This document shows, piece by piece, positions 9,366 through 18,262 of a stretch of 64,000 bases of DNA. The position numbers were made by a program, and so were the translations under genes. The notes beneath the pieces are model-generated. The model was given only the letters and a program-made list of their open reading frames with translations, had not been told where the DNA came from and did no database searches. Source of the stretch: Candidatus Eiseniibacteriota bacterium (lineage in GTDB: Bacteria > Eisenbacteria > RBG-16-71-46 > CAIMUX01); assembly GCA_046327845.1 (NCBI GenBank), contig JAXLXQ010000008.1, positions 37,202 to 101,201 on the forward strand. The letters are read 5' to 3'. Positions within the stretch are counted from its first letter, which is position 1; each line of letters starts with the position of its first letter.

Positions 9366-10103
9366 ATGGATACGCTCGACACGGCGGACGCCGCGCGGCT
9401 CCTGCACGTCAATGTGAAGCGAGTCCAGTCACTCGCGCGATCCGGCGCCCTGCCCGCGATCCGGGTCGGCAAGCGCTGGCTGTTCCGACGCGCCGAGCTC
9501 GAGCGCCTGCTCGCGACACACGTGTGGCCGCCCGAGTATCCAAGCGCCTTCGAAGCACCGGCCGTTGCGCGGGCAGGCCGGCTCGCGGCGGATCTGGAGT
9601 CTGGCCCGCGACCGCCGGTGCCCGCCTCGCCGTCCGGGCGTCGCGTTACCGACAGCGACGTCGCCCGCGCCCTGGGCCTGGACGTCGACGCCTTTCGTGC
9701 CGGGCTCGCCGACCCGAGCGCCGGCCCCGTCGTCCCCGGCCCCGGCCCCGGCCTCGGCTCCGTCCCCGGCCGCGGCCCCGGCCGCGGCTCCGTCCCCGGC
9801 CCTGGCCTCGGCCCCGGCCTCGGCCTCGGCCTCGGCCTCGAGACCAGCGCGCGCAACCTGCTCCGTGCGGAGGTCGCATCGGTCCGCGAGGACGGCATCA
9901 TGGCCGAGGTGACCCTCCGGATCGGTGACCAGGAGCTGGTCTCGATCATCACCGCAGCCTCCGCCAGTCGCCTGAAGCTCACGCCTGGTGCCGCAGTCTT
10001 CGCGATGATCAAGTCGACCGAGGTGATGATCGCCCGGGCCGCGACCGGAGGTGAGAGCGGCGCCAACGCCGCGACTTCCGTCGATCGCGAGAGCATGCGA
10101 TGA
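9366..10103 (+). CDS. Transcriptional regulator: N-terminal excisionase/MerR-type HTH, Pro-Gly repeat linker, C-terminal TOBE (molybdate-binding) domain
   Basis: The N-terminus LLHVNVKRVQSLARSGALPAIRVGKRWLFRRAELERLL is a helix-turn-helix_17-type domain. The C-terminus NLLRAEVASV...AEVTLRIGDQELVSIITAASASRLKLTPGAAVFAMIKSTEVMIA is a TOBE/Mop domain. The gene sits directly upstream of modABC and overlaps it by ATGA. Confidence 0.75.
   Translation: MDTLDTADAARLLHVNVKRVQSLARSGALPAIRVGKRWLFRRAELERLLATHVWPPEYPSAFEAPAVARAGRLAADLESGPRPPVPASPSGRRVTDSDVARALGLDVDAFRAGLADPSAGPVVPGPGPGLGSVPGRGPGRGSVPGPGLGPGLGLGLGLETSARNLLRAEVASVREDGIMAEVTLRIGDQELVSIITAASASRLKLTPGAAVFAMIKSTEVMIARAATGGESGANAATSVDRESMR
9720..9850 (+). 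repeat. In-frame GC-rich microsatellite: two ~30-nt repeats followed by (GGCCTC)x5, encoding a PGPGLGSVPGRGPGRGSVPGPGLGPGLGLGLGLE linker
   Basis: This is a direct tandem repeat read off the sequence. It lies inside the regulator CDS, between the HTH and TOBE domains. Confidence 0.7.
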
Positions 10104-11275
10104 CGGGACGGTCGCGGGAGATCTCGAGCGATTGGGCGCGGTCCGACTGGCGTGCGGCGCCCTCGAGCGCGGGTGAGTCAGCGCCGCCGGCGCGCACCCC
10201 GCGGAGGTGCCCGACCGGGTCACATTGGGTTCGTCCCGGAACGAGTGCGAGGATCTTTGAGCCGCATTTGGATGCGATTCGTCGGGCGATCCGACGCTTC
10301 GGTGGGTGGATCACCACGGAGCTCGTCGCCCCGCACGCCACGCCGCGCGCAGCACGGCGATCCACAGCCTGGGTCACACTGCGCGTCGCCCGTGGCGTCG
10401 CCCTTGGCGTCGCCACGGCGCTGGGTGCCGTTGCATTGCAGCCCTGCTCGGCCTCGGCCCGCCCGATGGTTGACGATCGAAGTGTGCTGCAGGTCTTCGC
10501 CGCGGCGTCTCTCACCGAGGCATTTCACGATCTCGGCGCGGCATTCGAAGCCCTCCACCCTGAAGTCGCGGTGCGCTTCAATTTCGCCGGCTCGCAGCAA
10601 CTCGCCGCGCAGATCGAGCAGGGGGCGCATGCCGACGTGTTCGCATCCGCCGACGAGCGATGGGCACGGGAGCTGGCCAACGAGGGCCTGCTCGCAGACT
10701 CCACCCAAGTGTTCGCGCGGAACCGTCTGGTGGTCATCCTGCCGAGCAGCAACCCGGGTCGAGTCGATCGCCTGCAGGACTTGGCCCGGCCCGCGGTGAA
10801 GCTGGTGCTCGCGGCCGAGTCAGTCCCCGCGGGCGACTACAGTCGCGCAGTGCTCCGGCGCCTCGCCACCGGTGGTGACTTTCCCGCCGACTTCGCCGAG
10901 CGAGCCCTCAAGAATGTCGTGTCCAACGAGGAGAATGTGAAAGCGGTCGTCACCAAGGTACAGCTCGGCGAGGCAGACGCCGGCTTCGTCTATCGAACCG
11001 ACGTGACCGCGCCCCTCGCCCGCCTGGTCAAGATCATCGAGATCCCGGCTGACGCGAACGTGACGGCCAGCTACCCGATCGCCGTGACGCGCGAGGGCGC
11101 GGTACGGCGCACTGCTGTCGGCGCCGCAAACGAGGCGGCATCGACCGCGCCAGGCGAGAGGGACACTACTGCCAACCCTGCGCGGGCGTTCGTCGCCTTC
11201 GTGCTCTCGCCCGAGGGCCAAACCGCGCTGGCCACGCACGGCTTTCTCCCCGCGCACCCAACCGGAGCCCCGTGA
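10100..11275 (+). CDS. modA: Molybdate ABC transporter substrate-binding protein ModA (start uncertain)
   Basis: The ModA fold region is QVFAAASLTEAFHDLGAAFEALHPEVAVRFNFAGSQQLAAQIEQGAHADVFASAD...VLSPEGQ. The ATG at 10100 overlaps the regulator stop (ATGA). The N-terminal ~90 codons look non-native, and the signal-like segment ALGVATALGAVALQPCSASA begins near 10390. No clean internal start was found. Confidence 0.75.
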   Translation: MTGRSREISSDWARSDWRAAPSSAGESAPPARTPRRCPTGSHWVRPGTSARIFEPHLDAIRRAIRRFGGWITTELVAPHATPRAARRSTAWVTLRVARGVALGVATALGAVALQPCSASARPMVDDRSVLQVFAAASLTEAFHDLGAAFEALHPEVAVRFNFAGSQQLAAQIEQGAHADVFASADERWARELANEGLLADSTQVFARNRLVVILPSSNPGRVDRLQDLARPAVKLVLAAESVPAGDYSRAVLRRLATGGDFPADFAERALKNVVSNEENVKAVVTKVQLGEADAGFVYRTDVTAPLARLVKIIEIPADANVTASYPIAVTREGAVRRTAVGAANEAASTAPGERDTTANPARAFVAFVLSPEGQTALATHGFLPAHPTGAP

Positions 11276-12081
11276 ACGCGGATCGAAGCCACGCCCCGCT
11301 GGCGCATGCACTGCTCGGTCTCGTGCTGACCCTCCTGGCCTCGCTCCTGGTTCTGCCGATCGTGGCCCTGATCTTCCGCGTGCCGCCCCTCGCACTCGCC
11401 GCGCGGATGACCGACCGCCTGGTGCTGGATGCCCTGCGCCTCAGCCTGGTCACTTCGCTCGCGTCCACCGCGCTCTCGGTGGCACTCGGTCTGCCGCTTG
11501 CCTGGCTGCTCGCGACGCGACGCTTTCCGGGGCGAAGCCTGGTGCGCACCCTGGTCGAACTGCCGATGGTGCTCCCGCCCACGGTCGCCGGCGTCGGGCT
11601 GCTGCTCGCGTTCGGCCGGAGCGGCTTGGCCGGCGGGGCGCTCCGCGCGATCGGGGTCGAACTCCCCTTCACCACCGCGGCGGTGGTGCTCGCGCAGTCG
11701 TTCGTCGCCGCTCCCTTCTTCATCACCTCGGCCGCGGCCGGCATGGCGGAGGTCGAGCCGCGCTACCTCGCAGTGGCGTCGACGCTGCGCGCGACCCCGT
11801 GGACGGTCTTTCGTCGCGTGCTCCTGCCGCTCGCCATGCCGGCGATCGTGGCCGGCGCCGCCATGTCGTGGGCGCGCGCGCTCGGCGAGTTCGGTGCCAC
11901 GATCACCTTCGCTGGCAACATGCCGGGGGTGACGCAGACCATGCCGCTCGCCGTCTACCTTGCGCTTCAGACCGATCTCGAGGCGGCGATCGCCCTGTCG
12001 GTCCTGCTGCTCGTTCTGTCCTTCGGGCTCTTGTACACGTTGCGGCGCCTCCGCGGAGAAGACGCGCGTGCTGCGAGCTGA
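11272..12081 (+). CDS. modB: Molybdate ABC transporter permease ModB
   Basis: It has 5-6 TM segments and the ABC permease EAA-like region with LPMVLPPTVAGVGLLLAFGRSG. Its GTG start overlaps the modA stop (GTGA). Confidence 0.88.
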   Translation: MNADRSHAPLAHALLGLVLTLLASLLVLPIVALIFRVPPLALAARMTDRLVLDALRLSLVTSLASTALSVALGLPLAWLLATRRFPGRSLVRTLVELPMVLPPTVAGVGLLLAFGRSGLAGGALRAIGVELPFTTAAVVLAQSFVAAPFFITSAAAGMAEVEPRYLAVASTLRATPWTVFRRVLLPLAMPAIVAGAAMSWARALGEFGATITFAGNMPGVTQTMPLAVYLALQTDLEAAIALSVLLLVLSFGLLYTLRRLRGEDARAAS

Positions 12082-13156
12082 GCTCAAGCTTGCACAGGCG
12101 CGATTCCTGCTCGACGCCAGCCTCCGGGTCGAACGCGGCGAAACCCTGGTCGTGGTCGGCGAGAGCGGCGCGGGAAAATCGACGCTGCTTCGCCTGATCG
12201 CGGGACTCGCCTCGCCCGACCGCGGAACCATCCGCTGCGACGAGGAGGTCTGGTTCTCGTCGACCGACGGGGCGGAGCACGGGCGCGTCCCGGCGTGGCG
12301 GCGCGACGTCGGCTACGTGCCGCAGGAGTACGCGCTCTTTCCGCACCTCTCGGTCGCCGAGAACATCGGCTTCGGCCTCCGCGCCCGCGGCGATCGAGCG
12401 ACCGCGATCGCCACCAGGGTTGACGAGCTGCTCGAGATGCTCAAGCTCGGCGAGCTTCGCGGCCGCCGCCCCGCGACCCTCTCCGGAGGTCAGGCCCAAC
12501 GCGTTGCCTTAGCCCGCGCCCTCGCGCTCGCGCCGCGGGTGCTGCTTCTCGACGAGCCGATGGCGGCACTCGACACGGAAACGCGGCGCAGCGTGCGCGG
12601 CGAGCTGCGGCAGATCCTCTCGAGCGCCGAGCGCGCCACGATCCTCGTCACCCACGATCCGATCGAAGCGGTGATGTTTGGCGATCAAATCCTGGTGCTC
12701 GAAGCAGGCAAGGTCACCCAGAGCGGATCGAGCGCCGAGCTGCTTCGCCATCCGCGGACGCCATACGTGGGGCAGCTCCTCGGCGCAAACCTCTTTCGCG
12801 GCCGGCTCGAGCGCGCGAGCGACGCGGCCGACGCCCGTCCGCGCGTGCGCACCGGTGAGGGCACGATCGTCCTCTCGCGCGACGGCGAAGCGGTCGACAC
12901 CTTCGCCGTAATCGACCCACGCGAGATCGTCGTGCACCTCCACGCGCCCGAGGGGAGCGCGCAGAATGTCTTCACCGGACCGATCGTCGAGCTGGTGCCG
13001 GAGCCGCCCTTCGGCGAGACGGTGCGCGTGGTGATCGGGTCCGAACCGGTGCTGGTCGCCGAGGTGACACAGTCGGTGGTCGGCTCGCTTGGGCTCGCGC
13101 CCGGACGCGTGGTGCACGCCGCCTTCAAGGCGACGGGGGTGAGAAGCTACAACTGA
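12069..13156 (+). CDS. modC: Molybdate ABC transporter ATP-binding protein ModC with a C-terminal TOBE domain
   Basis: Walker A (GESGAGKSTLLRLIAG), signature (LSGGQAQRVALARAL) and Walker B (LLLDEP) are present. The C-terminal ~120 aa form a TOBE-like domain. The start is probably the GTG around 12069, overlapping the end of modB. Confidence 0.85.
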
Positions 13157-13177
13157 GCCAACGCCGCGCCGCGAACG

Positions 13178-14662
13178 CTACCCGCGTCCCTCGATCCCGC
13201 ACTTCTTCATCTTTCGATTGAGCTGAAACCGACTCCACCCGAGCTGTCCCGCCGCGCGCGAGATGTTCCAGTCGCACTCCTCGAGCGTCGACCGCACGAC
13301 GTCGCACGACACCTCCTCCGGATCGACCGCTTCGCGCCGGGCGGCGAAGCGAAGTTGCGCCTCGACCTCCGAGGAGAGCCCGACTTCATCGCCGCCACTT
13401 CCGTACAACGCCGAGAGCAGCAGCTGTTCCAGCTCGCGCAGGTTCGCGTTGTACAGGTGGCGCGCGAGCGCATCGATCAGCGCGAGCGACATCGGCACAC
13501 GCCCATCGCGCTCGAGCCGCCGAACGATCGCCCCCTCGCCCTCGCGCGCGGCCATGCGCGCGAGCAGGTGCGCGGCGAGGAGCGGCACATCCTCGGCCCG
13601 CTCGGTCAAAGGCGGCAGCGCGATCACATGCTTCAAGCGGGCGAGCAGGTCCGACTTGATGAACTCGAGCGGTCGATTGGTGGCGCCGACCAACCGAAAG
13701 TCAGAGCGCTGCGGCTCATCGACGCCAAGCCGTCGATAGGTCCCCTGCTCGTCGAGCACGCGCAGGAGCTTCGCCTGGAGATCGGTCGGCAGCATCCCGA
13801 GCTCGTCCAGAAACAGCGTCGATCCATCGGCCGCGCCGATCAGCCCCTCGCGACCGGGCATCCCCGCATTCGGGTAGTTCGCGCGGTTGCCGAACAGCTC
13901 GGCCTCGACCAGCGTCGGCGGAATGTCGGCCGCGCTGTGTGCAACCAAGGGCCGCTTGCTTCGCGCCGACAACGAGTGAATCGCCTGCGCGGCGAGCTCC
14001 TTGCCGCTTCCGGTCGGTCCGGTGACCAGCGCGTGCTGACTCATCTGCGCGACGAAGGCGAGGCGATCGCGGAGCTGCCAAACCGCAAGCGACTCGCCGA
14101 CGATGCCGCACGAGTCGGCCGCGCCGAAGGCCGGCCATGCTTCCGTCGGAAGGAAGCGCGGCGCGTCGAGCTTGATCGGCCGCGGTTGGCAAAGCAGCAG
14201 GACCTCGTCGCCGATCGCGAGCGTGTCGCCCACCTCGAGGATGCTGCCCGCCCCGCTCTCGATCGATAGCTCGCCGTTCACCCGGAGAGGCGCCTTGCCT
14301 AGGTTCTTGACTCGCACGCGGCCGCCCCGTTCGCCGACCAGCTCGAGCTGGCGTCGCGAGATGTGCCGCGCGAACTCGAGCGGTGCGCGCTCCTCGTTCT
14401 TGCCGGGGCGCTGGCGCAACGGCGCCACGAACGCGCTCTCGCCGTAGTCGTAGTCGGGGTCGAAGCGCCCCAGGATCGCGGTGCGCGCGGCGCGCAACGA
14501 GAGCACCTCGCCCGCACGATCCGCCTCGGTCATCGACCAGAGGATGACGAGCGCGGGGTGCAGCTTGGGAGATCCCGCGGCCGCGCCCTCGTCGCGCGCG
14601 CCGGCCGGCCGCTCGATCGTCTCGCGCGAGAGAGTCTGCCGCGTGTTCTTGCTCGAGGCCAT
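13178..14662 (-). CDS. FHA-domain AAA+ transcriptional regulator (NtrC/sigma-54-activator-like core lacking the GAFTGA motif; Fis-type HTH)
   Basis: The N-terminal FHA domain reads ...SRRQLELVGERGGRVRVKNLGKAPLRVNG.... The AAA+ domain has Walker A (GPTGSGKE) and Walker B (LFLDELG). The GAFTGA position reads ELFGNRANYPNAGMPGREG. The C-terminal HTH is CDWNISRAAGQLGWSRFQLNRKMKKCGI. Confidence 0.88.
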   Translation of the reverse strand: MASSKNTRQTLSRETIERPAGARDEGAAAGSPKLHPALVILWSMTEADRAGEVLSLRAARTAILGRFDPDYDYGESAFVAPLRQRPGKNEERAPLEFARHISRRQLELVGERGGRVRVKNLGKAPLRVNGELSIESGAGSILEVGDTLAIGDEVLLLCQPRPIKLDAPRFLPTEAWPAFGAADSCGIVGESLAVWQLRDRLAFVAQMSQHALVTGPTGSGKELAAQAIHSLSARSKRPLVAHSAADIPPTLVEAELFGNRANYPNAGMPGREGLIGAADGSTLFLDELGMLPTDLQAKLLRVLDEQGTYRRLGVDEPQRSDFRLVGATNRPLEFIKSDLLARLKHVIALPPLTERAEDVPLLAAHLLARMAAREGEGAIVRRLERDGRVPMSLALIDALARHLYNANLRELEQLLLSALYGSGGDEVGLSSEVEAQLRFAARREAVDPEEVSCDVVRSTLEECDWNISRAAGQLGWSRFQLNRKMKKCGIEGRG

Positions 14663-14703
14663 CGATCCGATCCTCTGAGGGTTCGCGAATGGATCGCCGG
14701 AAT

Positions 14704-17700
14704 CTACTCGCGGCGCAGTCTCGCCTCTGCCTGGCTCGAGATCAAGCCGTGGCCACGGCTTCGCGCCTCGCGCGCCAGCGATTCGCGGCGGGCGTGACCG
14801 CGGGCGACTTCACCCGAGGCCAGCTCGAGCTCGCCGAGGGCCAGTCGCGCGTCGAGTTCGTGGTCCACCATCGAGGCGCGCGCCGCCGCCTCTCGCGTCT
14901 CCTCGATCAACTCACGCGCGGCGGCGAGGCGGCCGGCGCCACCCAAGGCCGCGAGCACCCGCGCCTCGGTCAGCGCCACCGTGAACCTCGGGGCGACCTC
15001 GTCGAGGCGCGTCAGGATCGCGCGCGCGCGGTGCAGCTCCTGCTCGGCCCCGGCCGCATCCCCCGCGCCGAGCAGAACCCGCGCCAGCGCCACCCGCGCC
15101 CGCAGCGCCTGCGCCGGCCGATGCCGCTCGTCCGCCTCGCGCACCAGGTCGAGCAGATCGCTCCGCACCGCGGCGCCGCGCCCAAGATTCACCTCGTGGT
15201 TCGCGACGCCGATCCGGAGGTTCAAGAGGGCCAGCGCGTCGTCGGCCTCGAGCGAGAGCTGCCGCGACTCCTCGAACATCGCCTCCGCTTCCTCGAAGCG
15301 TCCGCGCGTGGCGAGAAGATCACCGAGGAACACGAGCACGTGGCGCCGTTCGGTCGGTGCCTGGTCCGACTCGCGGAGCGCCTGGCGGAGAATCGCCTCC
15401 GCCTCGTCGTAGCGGCCGACCGCCCGCAGGATCTCCCCCTGCGTGATGCGATTGCGGAGGGTGTCCGCGGCTGACTCACCCGCCTCCTGGGCCGCGATCG
15501 CCTCCTCCATCTGACCGAGGGCGGTGCGCGCATCACCGGCGAGGAAGGACGCCAGCGCCGCGGTCGAGAGGGCGCGACCTAGCCGACCGCGATCCTGCGA
15601 GGTGCGAGCCAGCCGCACCGACTCCTCGAGATAGGGGCGCGCCTCCGCCGATCGCCCCACGTCGATCAAGAGGCCGCCGATCGAGTGAAGCAGTGTGTTG
15701 CTCGTTCGACTGTCCGCCACCGCCTGCGCGGCGGCGAGCCCTTCGCGAAAGAGCGCGGTCGCCTCGTCGAAGTCGCCGCGCGCGGCCAGCATGCTCCCCA
15801 GGTTGTTGAGCGTCGCCGCCTCGAAGCGACGGCTTCCCACCTCGCGGTGCCCGGCCAACGCCTCGCGATAGAGGCGAATCGCCTCGGCCGCGTCGCCGAG
15901 CGAACTCACCGCCATGGCGAGCCCGTGGGTCGACGACGCCGCCTGCTTTCGCCGCCCGACCTCGTTGGCCACGCGAATCGCGTCGGTGAACGTGCGTGCG
16001 GCCAGCGCCGGATCGCCAGCCGAGTAGTGGAGGTTCCCCTCGCTGTGCAGCGCCTGCGCCACGCCGCCGCGATCGCCGTTCGCCTCGTAGACGCGGCGCG
16101 CCTCCTCGAGCAGCGCGCGGCTTGCCGCCAACGACTCGACGTGGCGCGCCGCCAGCGACGCCAGGAAGAGACCGCGCGCGAGGAGCTGTGATGCGCCCAG
16201 CTCGCGTGCTCGCGCGATCAGTCGATCGGCCGCGCGCCGCATGCGGAGGTAGTCGCTCAGCCTCTGGCAGACCTCCGCTTCCCATAGATCGAGACGCACA
16301 TCATCCGAGAGCGGCGGCGGCAGGGACTTCAGCCCCTCGAGCGTCTCCATCGCCTCGCTCGTCCGCCCCGCCTCGAGCTGCGATTCGAGCAGTCGGATCG
16401 CGTAGTCGAGGTTGTCGGGATAGAAGGTAGAGAGGCTGCGATAGAGATCGATCGAGCGACGCCAATCCCCCTCGAGCCGGCGGTAGCGCGCTTCGAGCTC
16501 GAGCCGCTCGGTGCGCGCGAGGCCGGTCGAGCGTTGGAAGGCGAGGCCGATCGCATCGCGGGCGCGCGCCTCATAACCCAAGGTCTCCTCCGCGTCGGCC
16601 AGCGCCGCGAGAACGAGCGGCGAGTCGGGTGAGAACTCCACCGCGCGCGCGAGCGAGTCTCGTGCCTCCACCTCGCGACCGGCGCGAAGCAGGGCGATAC
16701 CCTCGGCGTAGCCGCGCATCGCCGCCAACGAGGACGGGAGGGAAGCGCGCGCGCGGGCCGCGTCCGCATCGCTCGGCGGCGCCAGGCCGATCACCTCGCG
16801 CAGCGCCGCCGCCGCGCGCTCCGCGGTGAGGCCGAGCGTCTCCGACTCTTCCCCCGCCGGGGGCAGCTCGAACCTCTGCTCGAAACGCACCGCGCCGCTT
16901 CCGATGTCCTGCGCGACCATGACGACGCCTTCCGAATCGATCGCGCCCCCCACCACCAGATCGGCGAAGAGTCGCGCGCGCAGGCGGGCCAGGAGATCCC
17001 GCGCGATCGGCGGCGCCGCGGTCAGCGAAAGCTCGCGCGACGCCCGCGCACTCTCGGCGTTCGTCACCACGCGCACCGTTTCGTCCAAGGCCAGCGATCG
17101 CGCCAGCGCCTCCTGTAGCGCGAGGCCGCGCCATCCCGCCTCGTCGCCATCGAGCGGAAGGAGTGCGATCACGCGCGGCTTCGGCGTCGTCTCTTCCGAA
17201 ATGGCGCGCCACAGCTCGAGCGCGCTCGTGAAGCGACGCTCGGGGGCGCGCTCGAGCGCACGGAGGATCGCCGCCTCCCATCGAGGATCGAGTTCCGGCA
17301 CCAGTCGACGAGGCGACGGCGCCTCCGCTTGAAGCCGTCGTCGCGCGAGATCGGCAAAGCCCTCATCCTCGGCGCGCGAGTCGAAGGGCAGGGTTCCGGT
17401 GACCAGCTCGTACAAGAGCACGCCCAGTGCGTAGAGGTCGGTCCACGGACCGATCGGGCCTCCGGTCAGCTGCTCGGGCGCCATGTAGGCGGGCGTGCCG
17501 AGGAAGGCGCCGGCATCGTGGCGCGGCATTCCGTGCGACGCGCGCTGATTGGCCTCGCGCGCGCGGGGCTCCTCGTGCGCGAGACCGAAGTCGGTGATCA
17601 CGGCACGCTCCCCCTCAGGCGTCGGCACCAGCATGACATTTCCGCTCTTGAGGTCGCGGTGAACGATGCCGGCGCGATGGGCGGCGTCCAGCCCCGCGGT

Positions 17701-18216
17701 CAGCTGCCGCAAGAGCGGAAGCGCCTCGCCGCTCTTCCATCGCCCGACGCGCGCGAGCCGTGCGTCCAACGTCTCGCCATGGAGCAGCTCCATCGTGACG
17801 AAGTGGGCGCGGGAGCGACCTCGCGTGTCGGACCAAAGGTCGAAGATGCGGCAGACGTTCGGGTGGGTCACGCGACGCGCCAATTGCACCTCGCGTTTGA
17901 AGCGCTCGATCGCCTTCGGTTCGCGCGCGATCTCGGGACGCACCGTCTTGAGCGCGAGGATCTCGTTCAGTTCGAGGTCGCGCGCCTCGTACACCTCGCC
18001 CATGCCGCCGCGCGCGAGGAAGCGCAGGATGACGAAGCGATCGGCGACTCGATCCCCCTCGCGAAAGGCGCGCGCCTCGGCCACCGCAGGCTTCGTCGGA
18101 TCTAGGCTCGACGGAAGCGCGCCCAGCTCGCCCGAATCGGAGGCGAGGGTCTCCCCCGCCTGCCCCGCGCGAGCGGGCGCCGGGCGTGCGCGCTTTCGGC
18201 CCTTGGGCTGGGTCAT
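14704..18216 (-). CDS. Ser/Thr protein kinase fused to a long TPR-repeat domain (~1170 aa from the internal ATG)
   Basis: The kinase motifs are GGMGEVYEARD, ALK, HRDLKSGNVML, DFGLA and GTPAYMAPE. They are followed by ~700 aa of TPR repeats. The 150 codons upstream of MTQPKGRK... are R-rich junk, so the start is placed near 18216. Confidence 0.85.
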   Translation of the reverse strand: MTQPKGRKRARPAPARAGQAGETLASDSGELGALPSSLDPTKPAVAEARAFREGDRVADRFVILRFLARGGMGEVYEARDLELNEILALKTVRPEIAREPKAIERFKREVQLARRVTHPNVCRIFDLWSDTRGRSRAHFVTMELLHGETLDARLARVGRWKSGEALPLLRQLTAGLDAAHRAGIVHRDLKSGNVMLVPTPEGERAVITDFGLAHEEPRAREANQRASHGMPRHDAGAFLGTPAYMAPEQLTGGPIGPWTDLYALGVLLYELVTGTLPFDSRAEDEGFADLARRRLQAEAPSPRRLVPELDPRWEAAILRALERAPERRFTSALELWRAISEETTPKPRVIALLPLDGDEAGWRGLALQEALARSLALDETVRVVTNAESARASRELSLTAAPPIARDLLARLRARLFADLVVGGAIDSEGVVMVAQDIGSGAVRFEQRFELPPAGEESETLGLTAERAAAALREVIGLAPPSDADAARARASLPSSLAAMRGYAEGIALLRAGREVEARDSLARAVEFSPDSPLVLAALADAEETLGYEARARDAIGLAFQRSTGLARTERLELEARYRRLEGDWRRSIDLYRSLSTFYPDNLDYAIRLLESQLEAGRTSEAMETLEGLKSLPPPLSDDVRLDLWEAEVCQRLSDYLRMRRAADRLIARARELGASQLLARGLFLASLAARHVESLAASRALLEEARRVYEANGDRGGVAQALHSEGNLHYSAGDPALAARTFTDAIRVANEVGRRKQAASSTHGLAMAVSSLGDAAEAIRLYREALAGHREVGSRRFEAATLNNLGSMLAARGDFDEATALFREGLAAAQAVADSRTSNTLLHSIGGLLIDVGRSAEARPYLEESVRLARTSQDRGRLGRALSTAALASFLAGDARTALGQMEEAIAAQEAGESAADTLRNRITQGEILRAVGRYDEAEAILRQALRESDQAPTERRHVLVFLGDLLATRGRFEEAEAMFEESRQLSLEADDALALLNLRIGVANHEVNLGRGAAVRSDLLDLVREADERHRPAQALRARVALARVLLGAGDAAGAEQELHRARAILTRLDEVAPRFTVALTEARVLAALGGAGRLAAARELIEETREAAARASMVDHELDARLALGELELASGEVARGHARRESLAREARSRGHGLISSQAEARLRRE

Positions 18217-18262
18217 CGACTCTCCGCGGTGAATGCCGTGCGTACGAGTGTAGCGCGCGGCC

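Noticed and set aside
8633-10096. 487-aa minus-strand ORF
   Set aside because: The translation is R/P/G/S-rich and repetitive (PRPRPGPRPGPG...), reflecting the reverse complement of the coding microsatellite. It is antisense to the HTH-TOBE regulator.
18216-18262. Apparent one-base frame inconsistency near 18240 inside the first kinase gene
   Set aside because: Hand indexing was off by one base in this spot only. The supplied ORF track gives a continuous 1321-aa product, so this was judged a reading slip rather than a real frameshift.
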